A DNA stretch of 64,000 nucleotides from assembly GCF_037042905.1 (NCBI RefSeq), contig NC_087251.1, forward strand, positions 41,170,001-41,234,000, in the 5' to 3' direction. Source of the DNA: Lytechinus pictus. Taxonomy: Eukaryota. How positions within the stretch are numbered: the stretch's first letter is position 1; each line of letters starts with the position of its first letter. Positions 12,704 to 25,187 of the stretch are shown piece after piece. The position numbers were made by a program, and so were the translations under genes. The notes under the pieces are model-generated. The model saw nothing but the letters and a program-made list of their open reading frames with translations. It made no database searches and was not told the origin of the DNA.

Positions 12704-14033
12704 CTGATTTTCTAAATAGTCTCAAAGAAAATGCTCGTGCACTGTACCAGCAATATTCAGGATATATAATAGCATCGCTGTATCTTTCTTTTTTATTAAC
12801 ATAAATTATATAAGTGCATTAAAATTAACTTTGTGAATTGAAAGACATGACCTAGGTTCCTAAAACATAGATTAATAGTAATTGACCGACACCTTCCACA
12901 CAACAGTGACACCCTCTTCTAATTTTCTGTAAAATTTTACATTATTAATATCTGTCATTACCCATGAATATCATTGATGTATAGTGCTAGTTCGTCGCTA
13001 TCTTTATTTATATGAAGGCCCAAGATTTTAAATATTTTTTTCTAACTCTTCGGCTAAACATATTTGTTTTGCAAAATTTTGTGATATTGGACATTGTTGA
13101 CCCATGACAGCTTCATCACTTATACGAAAATTTCCATACAACTTGAACTAAAACGCATACTTCTTGATGTTGGTGAATGACGAGTCTATACTATATATGC
13201 AATATGTCTGGCTATCTCTATATAGACGCATCATGCCCTTTCCTGTTTGCTATGACAACACTCTACCTATCAACAAGCGGGTGTTTAAGACATGAAATGT
13301 GAATATTACTAAGTTCAGTCAAGCAACGTTATCAAAGATCTCATTCCCTTTATCTAAATGACAAGGTCAACGGAAGGTCACAAGAAAGTGACATCTTCAC
13401 AATGGAAGCAACAGCTGCACAACTACAAGAATACTGACTACCTGAAGATAAAACGTTTAGAAAGAGTGGATCAAACAATTTCATCACCATTCCATATTCA
13501 ATCGCAAAGGAATGTGATTCATCTCCGGGTGCTCATGTCAAAGCTACGCGTGACCAACCTATAAAGCCAGCAGATAAAGAAGCTTTTCTTCATAACAGAT
13601 ATTAGAGATACACTTTGGGTTTGCACATCATACTGCCCAAGAGTTGCCAATTCGGCTGTAACGTAAATTACCATGATATCAATCAAAAATCTAATGAATT
13701 AGAAAGAAATCAACATTCATTTGGAGTCATTCCTGTTACGATATCAGTATTGATATCTCAGCACTTCATACACCTCACGCAACATGGATACCATGCCTGT
13801 TGATTGACCTGCCTGGCCTGTATAATAAAATTGTATCATACGTTCACTACCAAAGTCTCCACCAGAGTCCTTTGTATTGGATCAATTCCCAACAGCAACA
13901 CTGAACCAGCAAATCATGCCAGTCATGACACTGTCCATCTCGACAATGTAGTTCTGAATTTCACTAAAAATCTTTATCATCCCTCTGTGAATCGTACTGA
14001 GTAGACCCATAAGACAGTCTGTGTGGTATTTAC

Positions 14034-14123
14034 CTTGACGAGTGAATACTCTAATCTATCCTCCACACTATCATTCCTCCATGACTCGTCTGCAACTGCT
14101 TTCTTAGCTCCAGCTCCGAGGTT
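14034..14123 (-). CDS. MTR: MTR exon 14 (ESWRNDSVEDRLEYSLVK, cap domain)
   Basis: Manual translation; AG/GT. Confidence 0.94.
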
Positions 14124-14239
14124 CTGTTAAAGAGTAAAGACATTATTAGTAAATTTCTCTAGCGTAATATTACATTATCTGTTCCTATTGTCATCATACC
14201 GCAAGCATGCACATAATTTCAAAGTGTTGCTGACACCGC

Positions 14240-15110
14240 CCTCATCATTAACACCATCATTTTCATCATCTTCAACAACCTCATCATTATCATCATCTTA
14301 ATAATGTAGTTCTTGTTAGGACTCTCAATGCACTTTACAGAAATTATATTGTTCAATATAAGACATTACTTAAAATTACACTTAAACATCATCATCATCA
14401 ACAGCATCATCACCATCATCATCATCATCACCTCATCACCTCATCATCCTCATCATCATCTTAATAATGTAGTTCTTATATAGCGCATTTCAGACATGTT
14501 AGGACTCTCAATGCACTTTACAGAAATTATATTGTTCAATATAAGACATTACTTAAAATTACACTTAAACATCATCATCATCATCATCATCATCACCATC
14601 ATCATCATCATCTTCATCATTATCATTATCATCATCGCCATCGCCATCATCATCATCATCATAATGAAGTTCTTATTTAGCGCAATTCAGACCTGTAAGG
14701 ACTTTACTGAAATATTATTATTCAATAGAAGACATTACTGAAAATTACACTTTAACAACATCATCATTAATCAATATCAACATCATCAACATCATCATCA
14801 TGTAGTTCTTATATAACGCAATTCAGACCTGTAAGGACTTTACTGAAATATTATTATTCAATAGAAGACATTACTGAAAATTACACTTAAACAACATCAT
14901 CATTAATCAATATCAACATCATTAACATCATCATCATCATCATCATCATGTAGTTCTTATATAACGCAATTCAGTCCTGTAAGGACTTTACTGAAATATT
15001 ATTATTCAATAGAAGACATTACTGAAAATTACACTTAAACAACATCATTAATCAATATCAACATCATCATCATCATCACCACCACCACCATCATCATCAT
15101 CATCACCATG
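14240..15110. repeat. Five-unit tandem repeat with (CAT)n spacers
   Basis: Units start near 14298, 14461, 14662, 14800, 14948. Confidence 0.9.
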
Positions 15111-15187
15111 AACCATCAATAACTAATCAATATTCACCCAAAAAGAAATCAAATCTGAAGGAAGTGGAGAGATGAAACCAGCCTTAC

Positions 15188-15328
15188 CTCGGCATACTCC
15201 AATATCTTTTCAGTAGCAAGTAGGTCTCTGTTCCACAGAAGATCTTCACATAGTTGAAGAAGTTTAGGTTCAATGTCAACATAGAGCGGAAGGTTTCCAG
15301 CATTCACGATACCCATGTCCATTCCAGC
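15188..15328 (-). CDS. MTR: MTR exon 13 ([11 protein letters not shown]...CEDLLWNR)
   Basis: Manual translation; AG/GT. Confidence 0.96.
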
Positions 15329-15920
15329 CTATTAATAGAACATAAAAACATTGAATACAATCTAAAGTATTGACCAGTTGACAACAAATTGCTCCAATTC
15401 CAGCAGGATTTAATGCACTTCCATTATCCAGGAAGTTGCTTTTTGTAGATTGATACATTCAGTTATCACGCTGGAAATTATTAATTTTGATTACCATTAA
15501 TATCTGTACATGGTCAATACATGGTCAACAAAGTAAAATCTGTTGGGGCTGAAGAACTAGCTTTGACTTAGACAAAATTTGACGTATGAAGGGTTAAAAA
15601 CATTAGAATATAAGTAGAACAAGACTTGAAAAAATGTTCGACTTAAACGATTATTTGACTTGTGCAAGCACGACTTAGGTAAGGTAAACTCTTGGATATC
15701 TGTAAGCTTCAAGTGAGTTTTTCCCAAAACCTGCAAACTGTGTATCCTACCTTTAAGGCAATTCATCAACTTACATAAAACACGTATCAAAATACCTTAC
15801 CGGTATTCTATTTCATTTCTAAATGTAAACTTACCCCTTCATATCACATGCCAATACAATGTCAAATTTATCACACAGTCACTCTTTCAGTACATTAAAT
15901 GTGATTAAAGATAGACGAAC

Positions 15921-16037
15921 CTTAATAGCATGGTATAAGAATACACTATGCATAGCTTCTCGTATGACGTCCTTCCCTCGGAATGAGAACGATAGGTTTG
16001 ATAAACCCCCACTGATTCTACATCCAGGTAAACTCCC
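15921..16037 (-). CDS. MTR: MTR exon 12 ([13 protein letters not shown]...[14 protein letters not shown])
   Basis: Conserved motif; AG/GT. Confidence 0.96.
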
Positions 16038-16439
16038 CTGAAATGAGAAAATAAGCATCAAGGCCACCATATTAAAGGTTGGAACTCATATTCTATATGC
16101 CAATGACCAATCAAGATCATTGTTGCATGAGCACTTTGTTCGAAACACTGGCCAGTAACCAATCAGAGTGGTTCTTTCATGTTTGCAAATCATCACAAGT
16201 CTTAAGGTTATCATCCAGAGCTGATAACCTGAACAAATAGGTTTCAGTATTTTAAAAGTTTATAATCATTATTTTGTTAAGAATCTGTATTTTCAAAGAA
16301 ATGCCATGGGACAACACATAAAACTGAAACGTTAGAACTCAATATTTTGTGCAATCAGTATCCTTCTCATTTATCAGTACTAAAACTGAAAATCACTACT
16401 TTTTAACTATTTGGCAGCTCTGATAATCAGTGTACACAC

Positions 16440-16855
16440 ATACATTTCCAAGTTCATTTATTCATTTACTTGTATGTGCCTATTGGGAGTGACTTGGACC
16501 TGTCACAACGGACCAGGCCCTGTTCCCCCCCCCCCATCCCTGTGTGACTGAAAGTATGGTGTGGATTTATTGTTTTTCTTTTTTTAACTTTCATTTTCTC
16601 TTTAAATTTTCTTCTGCTTTGTTAAAATACTTTCTGTCTTCTGTGTCCACATTTTACCTATTTTTCAGACTGGGGGAACGTTTTAACCCACAAGCTATGC
16701 ATTTTTAGTTCCCCCTTTTCCTCATCTACTATATAATTGTAAATGAATGAATTATGGAATGCATTTATCATCTATGCACTTAGATGGTCTTATGTGTTGT
16801 AAATATGTAATTTTTAAATAATTTGGAGAAATAAAGACATTGAATTGAATTAAAT
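16440..16855 (+). mobile_element. Probable LINE 3' UTR fragment
   Basis: GGGGGAAC..GTTCCCCC stem, AATAAA, (ATTGA)n tail. Confidence 0.45.
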
Positions 16856-17350
16856 TTAATCATGAGTTCCAATACTTAATCTTCACAAGGCTAATCATCA
16901 CCTTGAAAAGAATGGTCGATGGGTTCTTTTGAAAAAGTACTAAACCATACATACTCACAGATTACCACACATATTAGGCTTGAGTGTCAAATTTAAACAT
17001 TACAAAAAACTTTATCCACAAATCAAAGCAAGACTGATGAGTTTTTCTTGTGCTACATCAGATTCTTAATTATTTTGACATCCAATCTGTTTTGATTAAA
17101 TATCTCATTTAAATATCTCATCCTCATTGTGAAAGCATATTTGGATGCATTATCAATGTAAATGTTTGTCAAGATTTGATGAAAATGACAGAATCCACTC
17201 CCAATACATTAAAACTGGGAAAATTTGGATTATTTCATTTTGCGCAAGAAATGGTTAGCAATCGTGTGTTAGGTCATACATTAGTAATCAACGGCTGCAT
17301 GAAACTTCCCCTGATGATCGAGTAATATCTATCAACCATGGATCATATAC

Positions 17351-17530
17351 CTTGATTATTTTAGTGGCTTCAATGAAGTTGATGCCATATTCGTTATGTT
17401 CCTCCATCCCTGTTGCTATGGTGAGGATGTTGGGGTCAAAGATGATGTCATTGGGGTCAAAACCAAGTTCCTGTACCAGCAAGTTGAAAGAACGTGTGCA
17501 GATCTCGACCTTTCTGTCTATCTCAGTAGC
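17351..17530 (-). CDS. MTR: MTR exon 11 ([19 protein letters not shown])
   Basis: Conserved motif; AG/GT. Confidence 0.96.
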
Positions 17531-17570
17531 CTAGAGTCAAAGAAAACAATCAAGCATGCCAGATTAATTC

Positions 17571-17666
17571 ATTATTATTATTATTATTAGTCGTAGTAGT
17601 AGTAGTAGTAGTAGCAGCAGCAGCAGCAGCAGCAGCAGTAGCAGTAGTAGTAGTAGAAGTAGTAGA
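17571..17666. repeat. Compound (TAT)(TAG)(CAG) microsatellite
   Basis: Direct reading. Confidence 0.95.
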
Positions 17667-18150
17667 AAGAGAAAAATTAAGGAGTATAATTAGATGGACT
17701 CTCGATTGTACTACACAGTTGAATTTTATGCCTCCGCCATTGCCAGATCTTAACCACATATTATATACTTTATTTTTATATTGTGAAAACAATCAAATTA
17801 ATCACAATCTCATAGTCATTAAAGAAAATAGTTTCTAAAATATTTTCTATATTCTTATTCGTTGAAAATAAGAGGCCTTTCGTGGATTAAACAGGATCTG
17901 TGAGCTTCATCTTTAAACTTGACACCACACAATATTTTTCAACATTATTTAAACCTGCCCTGAACAAAAAATTACTTATGTAAACGACTGGTCAAGCTTC
18001 TGAACCTAAGAGCAAGTTTGGTACACTTTTGTGCATAAAATGCGATCGTTGGACTTTTCTTTTTTTTGGGGGGGAAGGGCATCTGCATCACTTGTAAAGT
18101 GTGAGCCCTGTGAAAACTGCGCTCAATAGTACTTTTCAACCATCACTAAC

Positions 18151-18336
18151 CTGTCCCGTCTCGTCAAACGCCATGACAACCACCGCAGCTCCATGTTTCT
18201 TGATGATGCGAGCCTTCTCCAGGAAGTCTTGCTCCCCTTCTTTGAGGCTGATGCTGTTGACGATGCACTTGCCCTGATTACACTTCAAGCCGGCCTCTAT
18301 CACTTGGAACTTGGAGGAGTCAATACATAGAGGTAC
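18151..18336 (-). CDS. MTR: MTR exon 10 (VPLCIDSS...[10 protein letters not shown]...VVMAFDE)
   Basis: Manual translation; AG/GT. Confidence 0.96.
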
Positions 18337-18503
18337 CTGGAAAGCATTTCATGAAGCAAATGATATTCACTGATCAGTATGCTCTTGAGCCAATCAGATG
18401 CAAGGACTTTGGGAGCTTTTTTTTGTTGTTGGGGGGAGGGGGGGGTGTCTTTTAATAAAATGAATAAATTTAAATTGAAAATCAGGTACACAAGAGATAA
18501 TAC

Positions 18504-19310
18504 ATGGTATGTTGGCTCAGTTGGTCGAGCGTCGGTCGTACAAGTATTCTTAAATGTATCACCTGCACTCACCCACTGGCACTCACTCGCACTTTTTTTA
18601 AACTTTATTTTATCTCTCCCCACTAAATATCCAAACTTTCATACTTTCTATTTCGTGACATCATTTTATCGAATAATATTTATAACCTATTGCGGTTCCC
18701 ATGTAGCCCTCCCTCATGGCTGCTATTGTTTCAAGCAGTTACCTGCTTATTATAGCTGGCCCCTGCATGTTTTTTACCCACTTTACTATTTTACATGCTT
18801 CATTTATGTAGTTTTCAGTCTTATACATTATTTATATTTTCGATTGTCACTATGAATAAAATGCAGAAACTCCTGCAAAAAAAAACAACAACCAGGAGGT
18901 AGGGAGTTCAAGCCCTGGCCGCACCAGACCAAACAGACTTTAAAAGATAGGAGTTGCTACTACCCTGTCTGGTGTTCAACAATTCAAGGGATAGAGCTAC
19001 GTCGATCTGGCGCTGCACAGCGGCTGCTGGGTTCCGTGACAATCGCTCCGCTGCAAATGCCACACATTAATGGAATTACAGACTTTAACCCTGGATTTAG
19101 CACTATACCTTATCCTAAACCTAACATACGACCCTATTGCAACCCCAACCCTATATCTTAGACGAAATAAAGCCCGGAGCAGTTGTCGCCGGAGCAAATG
19201 ACGTGTCACCGGCTGCTGGGCCCACGATCAATTGGGCAAAATGAATATTCAGAGTAATTTTTTTAATTTCAGATTTCTATTTCAAACAATCAAATACAGA
19301 TTTCCGTATG
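18504..19310 (+). mobile_element. SINE (second family) interrupted by a polyA-ended fragment (18544-~18886) and a MITE (19030-19210)
   Basis: Aligns to 5866-6130 after removing the inserts; MITE flanked by duplicated GGCTGCTG. Confidence 0.75.
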
Positions 19311-19350
19311 GATTTCACATGGAGATAATATGCCATGTTTGTGATCTCAC

Positions 19351-19491
19351 CTTGCATATATCTGGTTCTGATGCGATGAGGTTAACAAACTTTGTCATGG
19401 CCTGTACTCCATCCAACATTCCTTCATCCATGTTAATATCAAGGACCTGAGCTCCTGCAGTTACCTGTTCTTTAGCTACGTTCAGCGCTTC
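19351..19491 (-). CDS. MTR: MTR exon 9 ([16 protein letters not shown]...IASEPDICK)
   Basis: Manual translation; AG/GT. Confidence 0.96.
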
Positions 19492-20150
19492 CTACAAATA
19501 AAAGTATTAAACGGTCTATCAGCTCTCACTTAATTTTCACAGCTTTCTATAAAAAAAGGGGGAAATATGAGGTGTTATATATTTTCAAATGAACAGCACT
19601 GGTATTGGTACACAGCTGTAGATTTAATAGTTAGATATGAATCAATGTCTTTCATATTTGAATTGAATTGACAACATTTTATAACATTAACATGAAATTG
19701 TAAAAAATTAGCCAATACAGTTGGAGTGAAAATTTTCCATGCACTTGGAGGAAAATTATTCGGTTTCAATCCTAACACCTTTTTCATGACAAAGAAGAAA
19801 TAAAAGAGCTTTTTTCAAAGATCATCACAACAAAGTGATCATTCAAATATGGCTATTTCATTTACAAATTTTTATGATTCAAGAAATTCATGATATCCCA
19901 GGAGTAAAGTTAATTAATCCTGTATCAACTGGATTTTCAGACATTTTTCTATTAATGTGATTGGGAAGGTCAAAATGAGCCCCTCCCCCCCCCAGATCTC
20001 AGCTGCGAAATGTCTTAATATTTACAGATGTTCAAACAGGTGAATTTGTGTTGCTTTTTATTTTACATGAAAAATCATGTTAAATGCATATTATTTTATT
20101 TTCTGTCATCATTTCCCTCAAATACGTGCGTCAAACTGAGTTTTACTTAC

Positions 20151-20263
20151 ATCATATTTGCTTTGCTTGATTAGCTTTGCAAACCGCTTTGAACCAGCCA
20201 CATTGCAACGCTCTCCAATATTGACGAACAAGGTGTGCTTGCTGACGATCATTGGCTCCAATC
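20151..20263 (-). CDS. MTR: MTR exon 8 (FVNIGERCNVAGSKRF, pterin-binding domain)
   Basis: Manual translation; AG/GT. Confidence 0.96.
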
Positions 20264-20301
20264 CTAAAAACAACACAGAGCAACTAAATGTATCACATAC
20301 T

Positions 20302-20582
20302 CAGGGCGCGCCATTAGCAGTGGCCCGGGGCAACAAAAAATGAGTCGGGCCACAACATTTTTTGTAAAAATCCACACTTGGTGGCCCGATTGATTGGGCT
20401 TCCTATGTCTTGAATTGATTAATGTAATACATAAAGTTCACATAATGTTACATAAGGTTTAGTCCTGGAATGTTTTCTATTGTTTTAGGGCCACCAAATT
20501 TGCTTTGCGGGCCACCAAAAATATGAAATTAATGATTTTGGTGGACTAACTGGGCCACCAAGAAAAAAAAGTTAGTGTGGAG
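20302..20582. mobile_element. Degenerate hAT-like MITE with GGGCCAC repeats
   Basis: CAGGGC start; repeated GTGGCCC/GGGCCAC. Confidence 0.45.
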
Positions 20583-21315
20583 TTTTGTTGTATCTTTTCT
20601 CTTTTTCTGATTATTTGCTTCCCAGGACCCCGCTGCATAAAAACAAATATTATGGTAACTTTGCCTTCTAATGGTAATGGTATCAAATATATACGACATA
20701 TAATTCTGAACACATCTTTATAAAAAAATACATATTCATTCATCATACACAATTAGAAAAATTTATGAAGATCACATTCCATTAGAAAACATATTTCATC
20801 TCTTATGTGACACTACAGTGCAAAAACTTGCGCGCAAGTTCCGCCTTTACGGTTATGTCACTCATACACGCTTACCAGTATCTTGAGAGATTGATCAACC
20901 AAAGTGTACTGAAAACCATGTTTTATCACAGCGTTTCTCTTCCATAGTGATTACACACCTCATTTAAACACTACGGTTTCCCTTGAATCTCACACATAGT
21001 TCTGATTAATCCTTATTTTCCCCCGTGCTTGGAATTCATTGTTCAGTATCAAAACAAATATTGACTTTGTCAATTCTTACTTTACTACCTTCCAGCCTTT
21101 GGAGCCTGTCATGTCTTAGGAAAAAAGTAACTGAAACACAAGCCTCTCATGATAATGAACATCGGGTGCATCAGGGGAAAATTTACACAGAGGCTCTGGG
21201 TGATGAGAAATGAAAAGAGCCCCTTAAAATCCCCATTTACTGCAATGTAAACAATTATCCAATGTTGCAGATAAGGCAATAGGTTGTGAAAATGTGAAAA
21301 GGAGACCCAGAAAAT

Positions 21316-21506
21316 AAACAAGTGGAGCGCCTCGGGACGTCTCGCCTGAATTATGCAATTCAATATAGCAGCAGCGCTGACTTTAAAAACAACTATAAAT
21401 AATTATTTCAAAAACTTAACCTGAAGTTAAGATTTCAATGTTGACGCCGCCGCCATAGGAAAAGCAGCGCCTAGAGTCTCGCTCTGCTATGCAGGCGAGA
21501 CAAAAA
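21316..21506 (-). mobile_element. HINE copy 3, lacking central repeats
   Basis: Both termini joined directly. Confidence 0.8.
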
Positions 21507-21539
21507 TAAATGCACAAATTAGAGAAGTATTCCACTGAC

Positions 21540-21749
21540 CTGACAGCATCATTGAACTTGGATGAACATCCGTGGGTGGTATCCTTGGTTTGTAAATCCT
21601 GACGGCATCTGCTATTGCTTTGATGTGAGCGGGTGTGGTGCCGCAGCAGCCTCCTACTATATTGACCAAGCCGTCACGAGCGAAGGAACCAAGCTGGTCT
21701 GCCGTCATTTCAGGGGTCTCGTCATAACCACCAAATGTGTTGGGTAGAC
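21540..21749 (-). CDS. MTR: MTR exon 7 (GGCCGTTP zinc-binding motif)
   Basis: [11 protein letters not shown] motif; AG/GT. Confidence 0.97.
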
Positions 21750-21885
21750 CTGGGCAACATTTCATCAAGAGATGTGTCAGTGATTTTCATTTATTTATTT
21801 ACTCAGAGACAAACAGATGCAAGGATTTCAGTTATAACAAAATAACGACCCTTTTCTCTATAAAGACTATCTTCAGATATCACAC

Positions 21886-22135
21886 AATAATAATAATAAT
21901 AATGTGACTTATAAAGCGCCAAATCCACTCTGTAGAGTGCTCAAGGCGCATAAAGAGCTAAGAATTAAATAATAACAGTTTTTAGAAGATTTTTGAAAGT
22001 TTCGACAGAGGTACATTTTTTTATGTCTTCAGGAATGCTATTCCACAAAGTGGGGCATGCAAAAGCAAATGACCTTTCCCCCAGGTTTTTGAAACTTTTG
22101 GAATAACAAGGAAGCCAGAAGTGGATGAGCGCAAA
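21886..22135 (-). mobile_element. L2-like LINE 3' fragment (ORF2 C-terminus and tail)
   Basis: LGERSFAFACPTLWNSIPEDIK...FKNLLKT; GCGCTTTATAAG..(TAT)n tail. Confidence 0.85.
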
Positions 22136-22305
22136 GACAATACAAATGCGTAGTATTAGTTTTGTCTTGTAGCATTAAAAGTATTCATTTTGATGTTTGC
22201 ATTTTATTGCATAGGTTCTTCAATTTTTATTGAGAATATAAAATCCCTGTCTAAAATGTAAACAAACATTACGCAGTACACATCCAGCAAAATTACACTA
22301 AAGCA

Positions 22306-23267
22306 AAACAAGTGGAATGCCTCTGGCCGTCTCACCTGCATCACGCGATTCAATATAGCAGCAGTGCTGATTTTGAAAACTACTATAACTCGCACAAGAT
22401 GTTCAGTGATACTTGGTTACTCTTATTTCCACGTTTTATGAACTAGACCAATACACTTATAGAGATATGATGGCAATTCAACAAATACCCCCAACGTGGC
22501 CAAAGTTCTTTGACCTTACATGACCTTTGACCTTGATCATGTGACCTGAAACTCGCACAGGATGTTCAGTGATACTTGATTACTATTATGTTTAAGTTTT
22601 ATGAACTAGACCAACACACTTTCAAATTTATGGCTGTAATTCAACAAATACCCCAAATTGGCCAAAGTTCATTGACCCTAAATGACCTTTGACCTTGATC
22701 ATGTGACCTGAAACTTGCACAGGATGTTCAGTAATACTTGATTACTATTATGTCCAAGTTTCATGAATCAGATCCATAAACTTTCAAAGTTATGATGGTA
22801 ATTCAACAGATACCCCCAATTCGGCCAAAGTTCATTGACCCTAAATGACCTTTGACCTTGGTCATGTGACGTGAAACTCATGCAGGATGTTCAGTGATAC
22901 TTGATTAACCTTATGTATAAGTTTCATGAACTAGGTCCATATATTTTCTAAGTTATGATGACATTTCAAAAACTTAACCTTAGGTTAAGATTTTGATGTT
23001 GATTCCCCCAACATGGTCTAAGTTCATTGACCCTAAATGACCTTTGACCTTGGTCATGTGACATGAAACTCAGGCAGGATGTTCAGTAATACTTGATTAA
23101 CCTTATGGCCAAGTTTCATGAACTAGGTCCATATACTTTCTAAGTTATGCTGTCATTTCAAAAACTTAACCTCAGGTTAAGATTTGGTGTTGACGCCGCC
23201 GTCGCCGTCGCCGCCGTCGGAAAAGCGGCGCCTATAGTCTCACTCTGCTATGCAGGTGAGACAAAAA
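22306..23267 (-). mobile_element. HINE copy 4
   Basis: Same termini; internal repeat periods ~162, 163, 192 bp. Confidence 0.82.
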
Positions 23268-23344
23268 TCAATAAGTTCCCACTTTCAAAGTGACAAGGGG
23301 AAAGTCTTTGATGAAAAAGGACAAGAATTCATAATTCTACATAC

Positions 23345-23540
23345 CTGCATTGGGATAACATAAGACATATGAAGGTGTTGCTAAACTAATAGCTTCTATA
23401 AATGGTCTCATCTCATTGGCACCCAGAGCACAGTTTAACCCTAGGCACATAGGATTCATATGAGATACACTGATCACAAACGCTTCGCTCATCTGACCAG
23501 ACAACGTACGCCCACTCTTATCTACTATCGTTCCCGATAT
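23345..23540 (-). CDS. MTR: MTR exon 6 ([16 protein letters not shown]...GLNCALG...YPNAG)
   Basis: Manual translation; Zn-ligand Cys in GLNC; AG/GT. Confidence 0.96.
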
Positions 23541-24163
23541 CTGAAATAAACAAGAAAGTTAAAAAGTTGTATCAATAGGACTACAAACAATGTGAGATAT
23601 AAAGGAGAATACATGATTTATTAACTGAAGTCATTATTCCACATATCTTTTCAAAAATGTGTGTCGAATATTGAAAAGACGCAGAGTAGATGTATGTTAC
23701 AATCTTCATAACAAAAACAAAAACAAAAAAACTCAGATTTAGATCAAATATGTTCCTGCATCATGGATAGGACATACCAGTAGGTATGATTTTTTTTTCA
23801 CTCTTTTCAGAAAAGTCATTCATGCATAATTTTTGCAAATAAAACAATCAATATTAATAGGGAACACTGTGGTACAGTAATCTTTGACAAAAAAATCAAA
23901 ATCATATCATAAAGTTGACTATGCTTATTAATTCACTTTTTCTTTGAAGTACTAAATGCAATTTATGCTTATTAATTCACTTTTTCTTTGAAGTACTAAA
24001 TGCAATTGAATCTTGACACTATCCTAAATAGACAAAAAACAAATGATGAAAGTAGTATAAGTAGAGGAATCTTATGATATATATAAGACTATACAAAGCT
24101 TACTTTAAAGTAGCTACATGTACTACAAACAATTGTATTGTTCAATATCTTCTGTATACTCAC

Positions 24164-24330
24164 AAACACAGGAACTTGCTGATAACTTTTTTCAAAGAGA
24201 TTTTGAATAGCATAGAGAGCTGCCCTTGCATTGAGCGTATCAAAGATAGTCTCTACCAGTAGAACATCAGCTCCTCCATCTAACAGACCTCTGCCTTGCT
24301 CTTCATATGAAAAAACCATCTCGTCAAACG
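24164..24330 (-). CDS. MTR: MTR exon 5 ([21 protein letters not shown])
   Basis: Conserved motif, AG/GT. Confidence 0.96.
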
Positions 24331-24786
24331 CTAACAAGATAGAAATTAGTATCACATGTTATAGCTCTTGCTGGAATGCTCCCAAGGGAGTGGAGATAGT
24401 ACATAAGTGTGCAGGTAAACACAATGAATGGCGTAATAACATCTGTATTATGTGCTACATAAAAGCAGATATTTGTCATTATCCTATCAAAATAAAAGGT
24501 TATGCTATATTCCTTCAACTAAAATTAGGAATTGGGAAACACTGGGCACAACTACTGGGTCATCATTTTGATGTTCAACTGAATTCCAAAGATATCTAAA
24601 AACTAAATTTCTATAAATTTTTACGATAGAGAGTAATTGACATGCAAGGTGATTCTAAGCATCATTCTGCCTAGTCTTATCAAAGTACTTAACTATTAAT
24701 GGTTGGCTTGCTTGAAATTATTTGATATGGAAGAAAACAAACAATACAGAGATAACTTAACATCAGTAAAGAAAGGGACATATAAG

Positions 24787-25183
24787 GGCCGTCTGCACCA
24801 GCCCGAGTTTTCAAATTAGCGCGCTATGTCTGATCCAGCAAATTGTCCCGATCTGAACAATCTAGAGATTATTTGTAATGGAGATGCAATTATCGCGCTA
24901 GTTCGTAGGATTAATCTCGAGATTGCAATCCCAAGTCGACTTGAGATTATTTGCAAAATAGCGCGCTATTTTACGAATTATCCCGCTAATTTGCAGGTGC
25001 AGACGCACTTGGGATTATTTATTCATGGCGTCAGACCATAATGCATTGATGCCTCGCTCGAGCAGGAATCGCTCTTCTTGCGATAGTGGAGACGGGTTTC
25101 TTGAATCTCGAGATTAATCGCGAAGAGGGCCAATCGGGTTAAAATCTCGAGATTGAGCAAACTCGGGATGGTGCAGAACCGCC
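24787..25183. mobile_element. Harbinger-like MITE
   Basis: Imperfect TIR GGGCCGTCTGCACCA..CCGAGTTT; TA-containing 3-bp flanks. Confidence 0.6.
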
Positions 25184-25187
25184 TATA

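Noticed and set aside
12850..14020. Unique intronic sequence as a possible snoRNA or nested gene (also 3560-4020)
   Set aside because: No paired C/D or H/ACA boxes with terminal stems and no credible spliced ORF seen.
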